DNA of 64,000 nucleotides from Chara braunii (GCA_003427395.1 BFEA01000003.1:4476054-4540053); one strand, 5' to 3'; positions 51,301 through 63,457 are shown, numbered from the stretch's first letter. Translations and numbers: made by a program. The notes: generated from the letters alone by a model not told the origin.

Positions 51301-52064
51301 GTATAATGGGATGCAGGCAGGAGTAAAAAACCCTAGGGCTCTGCTTAGGGTGTCGGTAGAGGTGGGATGCGAGGGATCCTGTCGCTTGCGGGGGATCAGG
51401 GCGTGAAGTTTTCAAAAAAAAAAAAAAAAAAGGACAGGATCTACAGCTGGCAACGGGAGGGGTTAGATAGGAGAGTCCTGAGAGAAGGTCCTGTTAGGAG
51501 GTAAGCTGACATAGAGCCTGCCCATAGGTTGAAGTAACAGGAGTGGTCGGGTGGCCTAGTGCGTATTGCTGATCTATGGCCCTTGTTGTCTGAGATAAGG
51601 GCCTCAGTAGGGGTCTTGTGCTGAGGGCTGCACCTTAGTAGGGATCTTGTGCTGAGGGCCCCCTTAGGCATCAAATAGGGTAGATAGTCTGCCTCCCGCG
51701 TTGAAGCACCAGTACATGGGCACCTGGGCCGTGGGTCTGACACCTCGAATTCTGGAGGTGCAAAACGAGGCCGCCGATAGAATTTATCAACGGCGGGCCC
51801 AGCGTTTCACGTTTCGGCCTTGTTTTCTTGTGGCGACAAGTTTCGGACTGCAAGGCTGGGGCCGTGTACTTGTGGTTTAACAAAATAGCGCACAACCAAC
51901 AACGATTACCGCAAAAAACAACAGAACAAGTAGTCATAACAACAGTGTGCACAGTGAACAACCTGACAACAAGACCAGTTACTGTAGTAACAAATAACTG
52001 TGCAGTGTGTACACAACTGTAGGAACAAGGAATAGGTCCACCTATGAGACTTGTAGAGAATGTC

Positions 52065-52970
52065 CATAGGCTCCATACCTAGCGCCTGAAGTACCCATGC
52101 GACATAGGCTCCATACCTAGCGCCTGAAGTATCCATGCGACATAGGCTCCATACCTAGCNNNNNNNNNNNNNNNNNNNNNNNNNNNNNNNNNNNNNNNNN
52201 NNNNNNNNNNNNNNNNNNNNNNNNNNNNNNNNNNNNNNNNNNNNNNNNNNNNNNNNNNNNNNNNNNNNNNNNNNNNNNNNNNNNNNNNNNNNNNNNNNNN
52301 NNNNNNNNNNNNNNNNNNNNNNNNNNNNNNNNNNNNNNNNNNNNNNNNNNNNNNNNNNNNNNNNNNNNNNNNNNNNNNNNNNNNNNNNNNNNNNNNNNNN
52401 NNNNNNNNNNNNNNNNNNNNNNNNNNNNNNNNNNNNNNNNNNNNNNNNNNNNNNNNNNNNNNNNNNNNNNNNNNNNNNNNNNNNNNNNNNNNNNNNNNNN
52501 NNNNNNNNNNNNNNNNNNNNNNNNNNNNNNNNNNNNNNNNNNNNNNNNNNNNNNNNNNNNNNNNNNNNNNNNNNNNNNNNNNNNNNNNNNNNNNNNNNNN
52601 NNNNNNNNNNNNNNNNNNNNNNNNNNNNNNNNNNNNNNNNNNNNNNNNNNNNNNNNNNNNNNNNNNNNNNNNNNNNNNNNNNNNNNNNNNNNNNNNNNNN
52701 NNNNNNNNNNNNNNNNNNNNNNNNNNNNNNNNNNNNNNNNNNNNNNNNNNNNNNNNNNNNNNNNNNNNNNNNNNNNNNNNNNNNNNNNNNNNNNNNNNNN
52801 NNNNNNNNNNNNNNNNNNNNNNNNNNNNNNNNNNNNNNNNNNNNNNNNNNNNNNNNNNNNNNNNNNNNNATACCTAGCACCTGAAGTACCCATGCGACAT
52901 AGGCTCCATACCTAGCGCCTGAAGTACCCATGCGACATAGGCTCCATACCTAGCGCCTGAAGTACCCATG
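52065..52970. repeat. 38-bp tandem minisatellite spanning an N gap
   Basis: Unit CATAGGCTCCATACCTAGCGCCTGAAGTACCCATGCGA is seen on both sides of the gap. Confidence 0.85.
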
Positions 52971-53304
52971 CAAAGGGGCTCGTACGACTATATGTTTCGA
53001 TTAGGGCTGAGTAGGGTAAGTGGGACTCTGCTTAGCCCTGCCCATGCGACGGGGCTCGTACTGAGTAGGGTAAGTGGGACTCTGCTTAGCCCTCGTAGCC
53101 GCAACTGCCATCCGGTCAAGGTCGCCCCTGAGCGGGTTGATAGTCCTGAGAGGTAGACACTGAGTTAGGATCGTAGTAGGGGTGCGCCGGGGAGAAATTA
53201 CGAGAGTGGAAGGTTGGGAGGGAGTCTCAGGGGGCGTCTATCGATTGTCTGACTGTCGTATGTTCAGAATCCGACCACTACAACAACCTGGGCTTTTTGC
53301 TGCA

Positions 53305-53378
53305 GGTGGGCAGTGGGGATTAAACCCACGACGTCCTGAATGCCACTTGGGTGCCTTAACCAACTAAAGCTAGGCCGC
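53305..53378 (-). mobile_element. tRNA-like Pol III head (SINE head or tRNA pseudogene)
   Basis: Minus strand GCCTAGCTTTAGTTGGTTAAGGCAC...CGTGGGTTTAATCCCCAC has A and B box-like motifs at tRNA spacing. Confidence 0.55.
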
Positions 53379-53586
53379 TTGCTCCACTACTGTCATTTTG
53401 ACTGGATGAAATGCTCTGATCTTAAAATATATAACCGTAGGCAGAGAGGGAGAAGAGGACAACAAACGAGGGGCTGTGGCAAACTGTTTCGTCGGAGTTT
53501 ATATGTATATATGGGTGAGTGATAGTCTACTTTGATTTTGGTTAAGGTAGATTATCATTTACAGTGTAATCAGTGAGGGGATTCTG

Positions 53587-53644
53587 CAGACTGTTGAGGG
53601 TTCAGCCTCCTGATGAGTCGGTGAAACTCCGATGAAACAGTTTG
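53587..53644 (+). ncRNA. type III hammerhead ribozyme in TA-family element (53520-53720)
   Basis: CAGACTGTT-GAGG GTTCAG CCTC-CTGATGA-GTCGG TGAAACT CCGAT-GAAA-CAGTTTG. Confidence 0.8.
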
Positions 53645-53841
53645 TCACATCCCCTCGTTTGTTGTCCTTTTCTCTCTCTCTGCCTACGGTTTACCAGGCA
53701 GTTCTATTTGTGACGATATATATATCATATATCTCTGTTTGTTACGATATATATATATATATATATCGTCATATATATATATCGATATATATCGTCATAT
53801 ATATCGTCATATATATATATATCGTCACAAACAGATATATA

Positions 53842-54918
53842 CAGGGTTGCCGGCATTCGGGACGGGCCGAACGCCCGAACCCGAACGCCCGAACGTNNNN
53901 NNNNNNNNNNNNNNNNNNNNNNNNNNNNNNNNNNNNNNNNNNNNNNNNNNNNNNNNNNNNNNNNNNNNNNNNNNNNNNNNNNNNNNNNNNNNNNNNNNNN
54001 NNNNNNNNNNNNNNNNNNNNNNNNNNNNNNNNNNNNNNNNNNNNNNNNNNNNNNNNNNNNNNNNNNNNNNNNNNNNNNNNNNNNNNNNNNNNNNNNNNNN
54101 NNNNNNNNNNNNNNNNNNNNNNNNNNNNNNNNNNNNNNNNNNNNNNNNNNNNNNNNNNNNNNNNNNNNNNNNNNNNNNNNNNNNNNNNNNNNNNNNNNNN
54201 NNNNNNNNNNNNNNNNNNNNNNNNNNNNNNNNNNNNNNNNNNNNNNNNNNNNNNNNNNNNNNNNNNNNNNNNNNNNNNNNNNNNNNNNNNNNNNNNNNNN
54301 AAAATTCTGAAAAAAAACTATGTCATGCAGAAGAATAAACTAAACAACATTTGCCTCACCAGTACATCCAAATGCATTACCAAATTTGAAATAAAAATCA
54401 AATACGAAAAATAAATAATATTAATGAAAATAAGAAAAAATAAAACGGGAATGAAATTATTGCGTGGGCCAGCAAGTTTTTGACACCGCCGTCTTTGGCA
54501 ATTTTTCTTTTTTTTTTGGCTTTGTCAAATGCCAGGAAATTTTATACACATGTATCTTACATAATAGAGAACCTACAATAAAGTTTGAAAAAATAATAAT
54601 TTTGTTCAGGCCCCGAAATAAAGGGAAAACAAAAAGTGAAAAGAGAAAAAAAACAAATTAGTAAGTGGGAAAGCAAGTTTTGACACCACCCTCTTTGCCG
54701 ATTTTTTGTTATGGTTTGGCTCCACAGAATGACTTCAACATTGATAGACAGGTAGCTTACATAATAGAGAACTCACACAAAAAAAATCAGAAACAAATAA
54801 TAATTTTTAGGTACCAAAATAATGTTTTGCGGGGTCCGAACCCCCGTACGGGAACCCGAACGCCCGAACGTTCGGGGGTCAGCTTAGGGGCCTCCGTACG
54901 TTCGGCCTGGCAACTCTG
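53842..54918. mobile_element. non-autonomous hAT-type DNA transposon
   Basis: TIRs CAGGGTTGCC / GGCAACTCTG and an 8-bp TSD GATATATA at 53834-53841 and 54919-54926. Subterminal CCGAAC repeats and an internal N gap are present. Confidence 0.8.
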
Positions 54919-55157
54919 GATATATATATGAGTCGGTGAAACTCTGACGAAACAGTTTGTCACAGCCCCTCGTTTGTTGTCCTTTTCTCTCTCTCTGCCT
55001 ACGGTTTACCAGGCAGTTCTGTTTGTGATGATATATATACATATATCTCTGCCTACGGTTTACCGGGCAGTTCTGTTTGTGACGATATATATATATAAAA
55101 TCTCATCTCTTCCTGGATAGGTGCCGTAGAAAAGAAGATTTGGGTCACACTCGTACA

Positions 55158-55440
55158 AGGCCCTCGAAATCACAGAATCACAAAATCAGCGGCCGGATTG
55201 AGTCCCTGTGAAATGAGGACTCGGTCTGGCCGCTCATTTTGCGATTCTGCAATTTTGAGGGCCTAGTGTGAGTACAAGGGTGTTGCTCCACTACTGGGCA
55301 AATGTGCAAAATGAGGGCCCAGTGTGAGTACAGTCTGAGGGCGTTGCTCCAGTACTGGGCAAATGTGCAAAATGAGGGCCTAGTGTGCGAGTACAGTCGA
55401 AGGGCGTTGCTCCACTAGTCAGCAAATGTGCAAAATGAGA
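55158..55440. repeat. 48-bp-arm imperfect palindrome followed by three ~60-bp tandem units
   Basis: AGGCCCTCGAAATCAC...GAGTCC pairs with GGACTC...TTTGAGGGCCT. The tandem unit is GGGCCTAGTGTGAGTACA...GTTGCTCCA.TACTGGGCAAATGTGCAAAATGA. Confidence 0.75.
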
Positions 55441-56699
55441 ATGAATCCTCTGCAGGAGCACGGAAAGGTACACCGCCATCCGAAAGTGGGAACAGCGGAG
55501 GAGGTGTCTGCTCTTATTAGCACCTCCCCCACACCCATCGTCGATGTTTCTTAACAAAAAAAAAGAAAAAAAAAAGGAAAAAAAAAAGAAGGATATACTG
55601 CCATATTTTGTATCTTTTGTGCATGTAATGAGTAGTGGAGCGAGGCCCTTACATGTGTCCATTGGTTCCTTTTTTTTCTTTTCCAAGAACCAGCCCTAAC
55701 CGCGCCAGTTGTCAGACCATCTGTGATTGAAGAAATATCCAGCATCAATTCTACTTGCTGCCTGGCTTTTGAGGAGTAGAATTGGTGAGGTCATTGACAA
55801 TGAATCGGCTTCTTGGGGGGGTCCCCGATAGGGCTGGTGATGACGAGGGGGGGGGAGGNNNNNNNNNNNNNNNNNNNNNNNNNNNNNNNNNNNNNNNNNN
55901 NNNNNNNNNNNNNNNNNNNNNNNNNNNNNNNNNNNNNNNNNNNNNNNNNNNNNNNNNNNNNNNNNNNNNNNNNNNNNNNNNNNNNNNNNNNNNNNNNNNN
56001 NNNNNNNNNNNNNNNNNNNNNNNNNNNNNNNNNNNNNNNNNNNNNNNNNNNNNNNNNNNNNNNNNNNNNNNNNNNNNNNNNNNNNNNNNNNNNNNNNNNN
56101 NNNNNNNNNNNNNNNNNNNNNNNNNNNNNNNNNNNNNNNNNNNNNNNNNNNNNNNNNNNNNNNNNNNNNNNNNNNNNNNNNNNNNNNNNNNNNNNNNNNN
56201 NNNNNNNNNNNNNNNNNNNNNNNNNNNNNNNNNGTGGAGAAGTAGCGGGAGGGTTAAGGGGTGGGAGGTTGTTGGGCAACGGTGAAGTCCTCGTCGTGGA
56301 TTGTCAGGGGGTGGGTGAGGGGGTGGGGGGGGGGGGGGGATGGTGGGGTAGTCGGAGGCACGGGGGTCGTAAGGACCGGGATGGGGGGGTCGAATTCGTG
56401 CCCCTTCAGTCTCCACCAGAGGATTGAAAGGGGGCCTCGTGGATTGTCAGGGGGTGGGTGATTGGGTGGCGCGGTGGTAGGGGATGGTGGGGTAGTCGTG
56501 GGCAAGGCGGTCGAGTTGGAATAAGGAGTGAGATGGGGGGGTCGAATTCGTGTCCCTTCAGTCTCCACCAGAAGATTGAAAGGGGGCCTATCCTGATCGG
56601 GGCTTGCTGCTGGACAGGGCGGCTGGTCCCCTTGCATGTGCACTGTGATTGGCTCTCCCAGCACTGGCTGGAGGAAGGTCACCTGTGGTCGCCATCGCC

Positions 56700-58330
56700 A
56701 CTGGTGCTCAGCTTGCCACCACGGTTTCCAGAGGAGCTACTGTGAGTTCGGCCAGTTTTCGGTCTGGGTGAAGACATGCAAGCTTAAAGGCTTTTCTTTG
56801 TTCCTCTCTCCGGACCTGGTCTGTTGTTGTTGTGAAGGTCTCTTTTAGCGGGCACCAAGCGTTTTGGGTGTTTGATCTTATTGTCTATGATATGCTATTT
56901 TGCTTGGATGTAGCCAACGTCGCGCTCTTTATATTTGTGAGAGCAGCGAGTGCGTCGAACGTCGCGCTCTTTATATTCCTGAGAGCAGCGAGTGCGTCAA
57001 GCTGTTACGAGGACTTCCAGTCGTGTGTAACGAGGATAGATTAAGCTGGAAGGGTGTGCACATGGTTGGGTTCTTGGTGTGTTGGCCAAGCAGGAGTATG
57101 GCTAGGTCCCATGGCAGGGCTACCTCAGTGAGGTGGTGCCATGTTGCGCTTCACCACTGCCAGTTTTGTCTTGCTAGTGGACAGAACAGCAGGCAGCGTT
57201 CCATGTCTACAATCCGTGGTGGAGATTATGAGCCGCCGTAGGAGCAGAGGGGTCTACAATCTGTGGTGGAGATGATGAGCCGCAGGAGGAGCAGAGGGGT
57301 GACAAGCACTCCTCGCTGTTCCGATCGTGATCTGGACACCAGCCATTCCGGCGTAGGCAAGCATTGATAAATAAATCTGCCATTGGAGCATTCACTGGGA
57401 TGTGGGCCCTAGGCATGCATATGGAGACCAGTGAAAGTGTTGTAAGTCCATCTCTTTCGATTCAGAATCTCGCAGCCATCGGCTTTTTATAATGTCGGTG
57501 GTAGTGATGGGCTTATGGATCTTCCTATAGCAATCTTTGACATAGAACTTCCACGGTGGGAGTGGTTTGGCCCCACCTCATTGCCACTCCGCCGGTTCAG
57601 AGGGGAGCAATCGTATTGCGATCGATGGTTCATAGGCCCACCATAAATTTGTATCGTCCCTTGCCACCCTGATTCGGATGAACTCGTCTAGTTCTAGCTG
57701 GGAGAACCTCGCTCTGGGCAGCTCTGGCTCGTATGCTTCTAATTCTACCTCGGATCCTGTGTCCTTGCAAACCCGATAGACTAACATGGGGAGGTAAAGT
57801 GAGTCCGTCGTGATCACCCACTCCCTCTCAAGGATATGGGGTCCTCATTTGAGGACTTGTACCCAAGCCATGGGGATGACCTCATCTTAGAGTCGTTGTA
57901 GTTTTTTGTGTAGGTTGTGGATGTTCTTTAGTTGGTGCCAAAGTTGGACTGTCGTTTTCCATCGGCCTGCCTGGTCATCCCACAAATCTCGCAGAGCGAA
58001 GACCCTCTTTTTGACCCATGAGAGCCAATGAGAGTCTTGCTTGATTGAAAAGGGCTCTCCACGTGAGTTGAAAGACTTGGGGGTGTTCCCGAAGCAGGGC
58101 TGCCTCAAGATCTCATGCCAGCGGGTGGGGGGGCGGATCTTTTCGGGACCAATCTCTCTTCACGGAGCTAGGAGGGAGGTCCACAGGGGCCCGTTGGCCA
58201 AATCGCCCTTTGCTGCTGCCGTGGGGGAATCCGAACTCCGTATCTTGGGGTAGTGAGGATAGACCAGGCCGGGTTTGTGAGCCAGGTTAAGGGGTAGACT
58301 GGTTTGTCCCCCGGTGTTTGTGGAGCGAGG
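56700..58330 (-). mobile_element. L1/Tx1-clade LINE ORF2 3' remnant
   Basis: RQPCFGN..GEPF..W...LRDLWD..WK, plus a degenerate C-terminal zf-RVT LCSSCG...CLLFCPLARQNWQW across frames. Confidence 0.65.
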
Positions 58331-61300
58331 CAGGTCAGTTGAATGTGGGCCAGGGGAGCTCAGGAATGGGAATCCGTGCGACCGCCAGATTCGCTCTATG
58401 ATTCATGCTGCTAGGCCCTCCATAACAATGACAAGGAAAAGAGGGCCCATCGGTTCGTGTAGCGAACGTTTTTTTTTTCCCGTTTTGTGTCCAGGGTTCG
58501 AACTCGTGTTATCTGTTTGTGACCTTTTTTTTTTAAGCCCAGGGTGTTGTAGAGGCCAAGGACCAGACCCACTGTGATTGCTGGTAGCGGCAGCCAATGG
58601 TTGTCCTGACAGGATAGGCCACCTACCCCACCCATCCCCACGTTAATACTCCCAGCGCTCCCCCTGTCCCTACTATCGTACCTCAGTGTGAACGTTTACA
58701 TGTGTGTCAACAACCACGAGGCAGATATCATTCACATTTTTGCTCAACTTTCGAAGCAAGGTCCCCAGGACAGAAACAGAAAAGGATGAGGTTGGCCTAT
58801 TAGCACAATCGGTACACCAACCAACTTTTGGAATACAGACCTGAGTTCGAGATCCAATTGAACCAGATGAGTAAAATAACTTTGAATTAACCTCGGGCCA
58901 GTCGGCTCGAAGTCTCAAAGATGATATCTCATGTCTGTCACTCTTTTCGAAAGAGGGGAAAAAAAAAGAAGAAGAAGAAAGGGACGAGGTACCAACGAGC
59001 CTAGCTCAGTAGGGACACCCACAAACTCTTGAAATACCAACCCGAGTTTGCATCAAATGCAATCAGATGAACAGAAGGAAAAAAAAGAAAAACTGAATTA
59101 CTTGAAGCTGATCAGTTCAATGATATTATCTCAAGGCCTTTGCTTCTGAAATAGGAAATCAGAAAACAAAGGGACGATTCAGGGTGCGCCATGAAATTGG
59201 AGTATGTCGGGCGATGTGGACGACGGGGCAAGGCGATCGTCATCAACATAATAGATAATTAGTCCACACCCTTATCATCATTACATCTCTATAGGTGTTT
59301 AGTCATTTCTATAGTGATTTTCACCATCTGTAGTATCACTATCATCAACACTATCATCCTCACAGCTACCATCTGTAGGTGAAGTTGATCGCCACCACTA
59401 TCTTTAGGCTACCGATTCACTCAAATAGTCATCTATAACATTTCAATCATTATCACTACCATCATCAATATTAAATATCAATCTGAAAACCTTTTAGTCT
59501 CAGGGTACCGTTTTCGGCTACCCAATTATCCAATAGTCATAAATATTTACACCCTGATTAGCTGTATCTTGATTACCAACATCTAGATTACCTATATCTC
59601 GACTACCTATATCTCGATCACCTATTTCTTGATTACTTACTTATTGATTACGACTATTTGTAGCAGAAATTTCAGACATAACGTTTTCATGCTGGGATTG
59701 TTTAGCAATTTCGCCACTGGATTTTGCCTTGCATGTTCCCCCTTTGTTTCATTTTTTTCATGAGCTTTTGCAGACGCTGTAGTGGGGATAGGACTTCGGA
59801 GGTTATGGCTGGAACTTTGGTAGGCAGGGGGGTTTTGAGACTCCAGGGTAGATCTGTCTGGCCTAAGTTAGGGGACAAGCCAGGGGAAGGACGGTAGGAC
59901 TTTCAGCCTGGGCTCCGCCTGGCCTTGGGTAAGCTAGGGGAAGGAGAGATAGGGCTGGCCAGTTGTGGGTATAGACTACTAGTTAGCTGTCCCCGAAAAA
60001 TTAACCCTGAGGTCTGTTATAGGGGAGCCTTATTCTACAAGGGTGTTGCATGGTGGGAGGCAATAGCCCTATAGGGAGTAGGGCAGATTGGGGATTGTCT
60101 GAGTCTGGGGTCGGGGTTGGAGAGTTGGTCGCCTTCAACCCCAGCGGGGGCAGATAGGGACAAGGGGTGGCCAAAGGCAGCCTCTAGGAGGGGATTGGTT
60201 GTCGTTGCGGAGGTGGTGGTGGGAGGGGAGGGGATCTGTTTTATGTTGGGGCCGAGGGATTTTCCTCGGTGGAGGCAGCATGAGACAAGGTATAGTGGGT
60301 AGGGATTGGTTTGAGCTGTGACCAATGNNNNNNNNNNNNNNNNNNNNNNNNNNNNNNNNNNNNNNNNNNNNNNNNNNNNNNNNNNNNNNNNNNNNNNNNN
60401 NNNNNNNNNNNNNNNNNNNNNNNNNNNNNNNNNNNNNNNNNNNNNNNNNNNNNNNNNNNNNNNNNNNNNNNNNNNNNNNNNNNNNNNNNNNNNNNNNNNN
60501 NNNNNNNNNNNNNNNNNNNNNNNNNNNNNNNNNNNNNNNNNNNNNNNNNNNNNNNNNNNNNNNNNNNNNNNNNNNNNNNNNNNNNNNNNNNNNNNNNNNN
60601 NNNNNNNNNNNNNNNNNNNNNNNNNNNNNNNNNNNNNNNNNNNNNNNNNNNNNNNNNNNNNNNNNNNNNNNNNNNNNNNNNNNNNNNNNNNNNNNNNNNN
60701 NNNNNNNNNNNNNNNNNNNNNNNNNNNNNNNNNNNNNNNNNNNNNNNNNNNNNNNNNNNNNNNNNNNNNNNNNNNNNNNNNNNNNNNNNNNNNNNNNNNN
60801 NNNNNNNNNNNNNNNNNNNNNNNNNNNNNNNNNNNNNNNNNNNNNNNNNNNNNNNNNNNNNNNNNNNNNNNNNNNNNNNNNNNNNNNNNNNNNNNNNNNN
60901 NNNNNNNNNNNNNNNNNNNNNNNNNNNNNNNNNNNNNNNNNNNNNNNNNNNNNNNNNNNNNNNNNNNNNNNNNNNNNNNNNNNNNNNNNNNNNNNNNNNN
61001 NNNNNNNNNNNNNNNNNNNNNNNNNNNNNNNNNNNNNNNNNNNNNNNNNNNNNNNNNNNNNNNNNNNNNNNNNNNNNNNNNNNNNNNNNNNNNNNNNNNN
61101 NNNNNNNNNNNNNNNNNNNNNNNNNNNNNNNNAGCTGGATGGAACTACCATCTTCCCCCGAACACAGTGGCCCTGATTATGGCTTTTTTTTTTTTTTTTT
61201 TTGGATGATGTATGTATACGAGGCTATAACGAGCTAATTTTCCGGTCCTATGCATTCATGATGAGGGTGTGTTGTGTTTGGGGGTGGAAAGACGGTATCC

Positions 61301-61409
61301 CATCCTGGACTGACTTGTTGCCAATGAGGGAGTTGCTCATTTTGGCTCGACAAATTAAGGGTTTCTCCCCTTTCTTTTTGTAATTCATTTTTTTTTTAAA
61401 TCTATTTTT

Positions 61410-61533
61410 AAAGTGGGATCATTTTTTCTGGATTTATGCATGTCATCCTTGTCACAGGGGCCATGCTGATTACTATTTAGCAATTATACCCTTTTCTGTA
61501 TCATTCTGATTTTAGATGGATCCCACTAAGGAC
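61410..61533 (-). pseudogene. U6: diverged U6 snRNA copy with 20-nt insertion
   Basis: Minus strand GTCCTTAGTGGGATCCATCTAAAATCAGAATGATACAGAAAAG-[20 nt]-ATCAGCATGGCCCCTGTGACAAGGATGACATGCATAAATCC is colinear with plant U6. Confidence 0.75.
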
Positions 61534-62182
61534 AGGGGTCTCAGCCCTTTTGGAAGGGGCTACCAAGGGGGTGCCTTTTTTTTGTCCGGGTAAACGCTAA
61601 AGCCAGGGGTCCACTCAAGTTGGCAAGAGACATAAAAAGGCTTTTCTGAAGGTAATGGTACGTAGACAACACCTAGAATCAGGTGCAGATCATGCACTTG
61701 CAGACAGAGAAGGTCAAGTACATCATGGACTTGCACAGCGAGAGAGAAGGGTGTTCTCTCCCTTGCTAACCTGATCAGGCTATTTACATGTATGTGAATT
61801 GCGTCTCCGTGTACTATATTTTAGAAGAGGGCCCATGTTAGGCCTGTCTTCACTGCATGTGTGGGTGCGTGTTGCGGGTAAGAAGGGGGAGGGGGAAAGG
61901 GAGGGGGAGGGGGAGGGGGGTGGGTAGGGCTGGTTTGAGGACGCCATGTATGATGTGATTCATCCCCGCAGCTGGATGAAGATTCTCCCAAGTGTGACAC
62001 GTAATGATGCCAGAGTCAGCCAGACCTATTCTATCTTGTGCTGCAAGAAAAGCTCTGTTGCTCCCGACCAATAGATGGAGTCTCCCCAAGAACAGCTTGA
62101 TGTGTCTGCTCCTACTAGAGCACCTGCCTCCGGGGCTGTTACAAAAAAAAGAAGGAAAAAAAAAGCTCTTTCTTACATATTT

Positions 62183-62235
62183 CTATTCTGGGGGATATCG
62201 TGCTTCCATGACAACCCTTCTCCTTTCTGTGTTTA

Positions 62236-62281
<46 letters not shown>

Positions 62282-62700
62282 GGTGTTTACGTAGGGCGTT
62301 GCTGCGAGCATGCACAAGTAAATATGTGATGACGACCTCAGCAATTGGATTTTTGGATTCTGGGGGATATCGTGCTTCCACAACCACCCCATTCTCTGCT
62401 GTGCAAAGACTAGAGCTGGCTGTACAATGCGAGGTACAAGCTTCTCCTTTCTGCGTTTACATTTCTTTCTTTCCTTCTTTCTTTCTTTTTTTTTTTCCTT
62501 TCGTTTTTAGCGTTGCCAGCACGCACAAGTTTGTTTTTTTCCCTTTCGTTTTTAGCGTTTACGTAGCGCGCTTCTGCCAGCACGCACAAGTAAACATGTG
62601 ATGACGACCTCAACGATTGGACTTTTGTATTCGGGGGGATATCGTGCTCCCGCAACCACCCCATTCTTCTCTGCTGTGCAATGACCGGAGGTGGCTGTGT
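62183..62700. repeat. ~270-bp imperfect tandem duplication with poly(T) tracts
   Basis: GCACAAGTAAA.ATGTGATGACGACCTCA...GGGGGATATCGTGCT occurs at ~62310-62400 and ~62585-62680. Confidence 0.75.
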
Positions 62701-63263
62701 GCAATTGTTCGCTACATATGCAGAACATGGTCCTCCTGAAGGGTTGTGTTTCCCTACACTTATAGAAATCGCTATTCGGCGCGCAGCGTTTGGCCCGCCC
62801 GAGGCCTACCGGCCGACGGCCCGGATTTCCGCGCGATCTTAAGACTTTAAGACTTTAAGACTAAGATCGCGCGGCGATCCAGGCCGTCCGCTTTGACAAA
62901 CTTCCTGGATCGCTGCGCGATCTAAGAGTCTTAAGATTCAGATCGCGCGGAAATCCGCCGGCCCGGTACCAGTTGGCCAACGGCCCAGATTAGCCAGGCG
63001 TGGGAAAAAACCGGTTCCAGGGGGGCTGGTCTCCTATAGGGCGCAGCGGTTCGGCCCCCGCGCATGTCTTCGGCGGCGCACGGAGCCTGTGTATTGCGAA
63101 CGAGACAGCACTCACTCACACGGCCGCCCGCCCGCCGGCCCGCCTGCCCGCGTGAACAAGCACATGCACAGACTCACGCATATGCACACATGCACGCGCA
63201 CACACGCACATGCGCTCACGGACGGACACGCACACACGCACGTGCAAGCAAATGCATCATGGG

Positions 63264-63320
63264 CAGACTGTTGGGGTTCAACCTCCTGATGAGTTGGTGA
63301 AAGTCCAACGAAACAGTCTG
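63264..63320 (+). ncRNA. type III hammerhead ribozyme, best-preserved copy (GUU site)
   Basis: CAGACTGTT-GGGG TTCAA CCTC-CTGATGA-GTTGG TGAAAGT CCAAC-GAAA-CAGTCTG. All three stems pair, and the copy is flanked by CA-rich repeats. Confidence 0.85.
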
Positions 63321-63380
63321 GCAGAGTCGTGCTTTTTTGGGGGGGTTCACACAAACGCACGAACACAGGTGGGTGGGTGT

Positions 63381-63457
<77 letters not shown>

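Noticed and set aside
52065-52970. CRISPR-like 38-bp repeats
   Set aside because: Head-to-tail with no unique spacers, eukaryotic context and no cas genes.
59640-60325. Possible further LINE fragment
   Set aside because: Composition is suggestive, but no APE or RT motif could be read.
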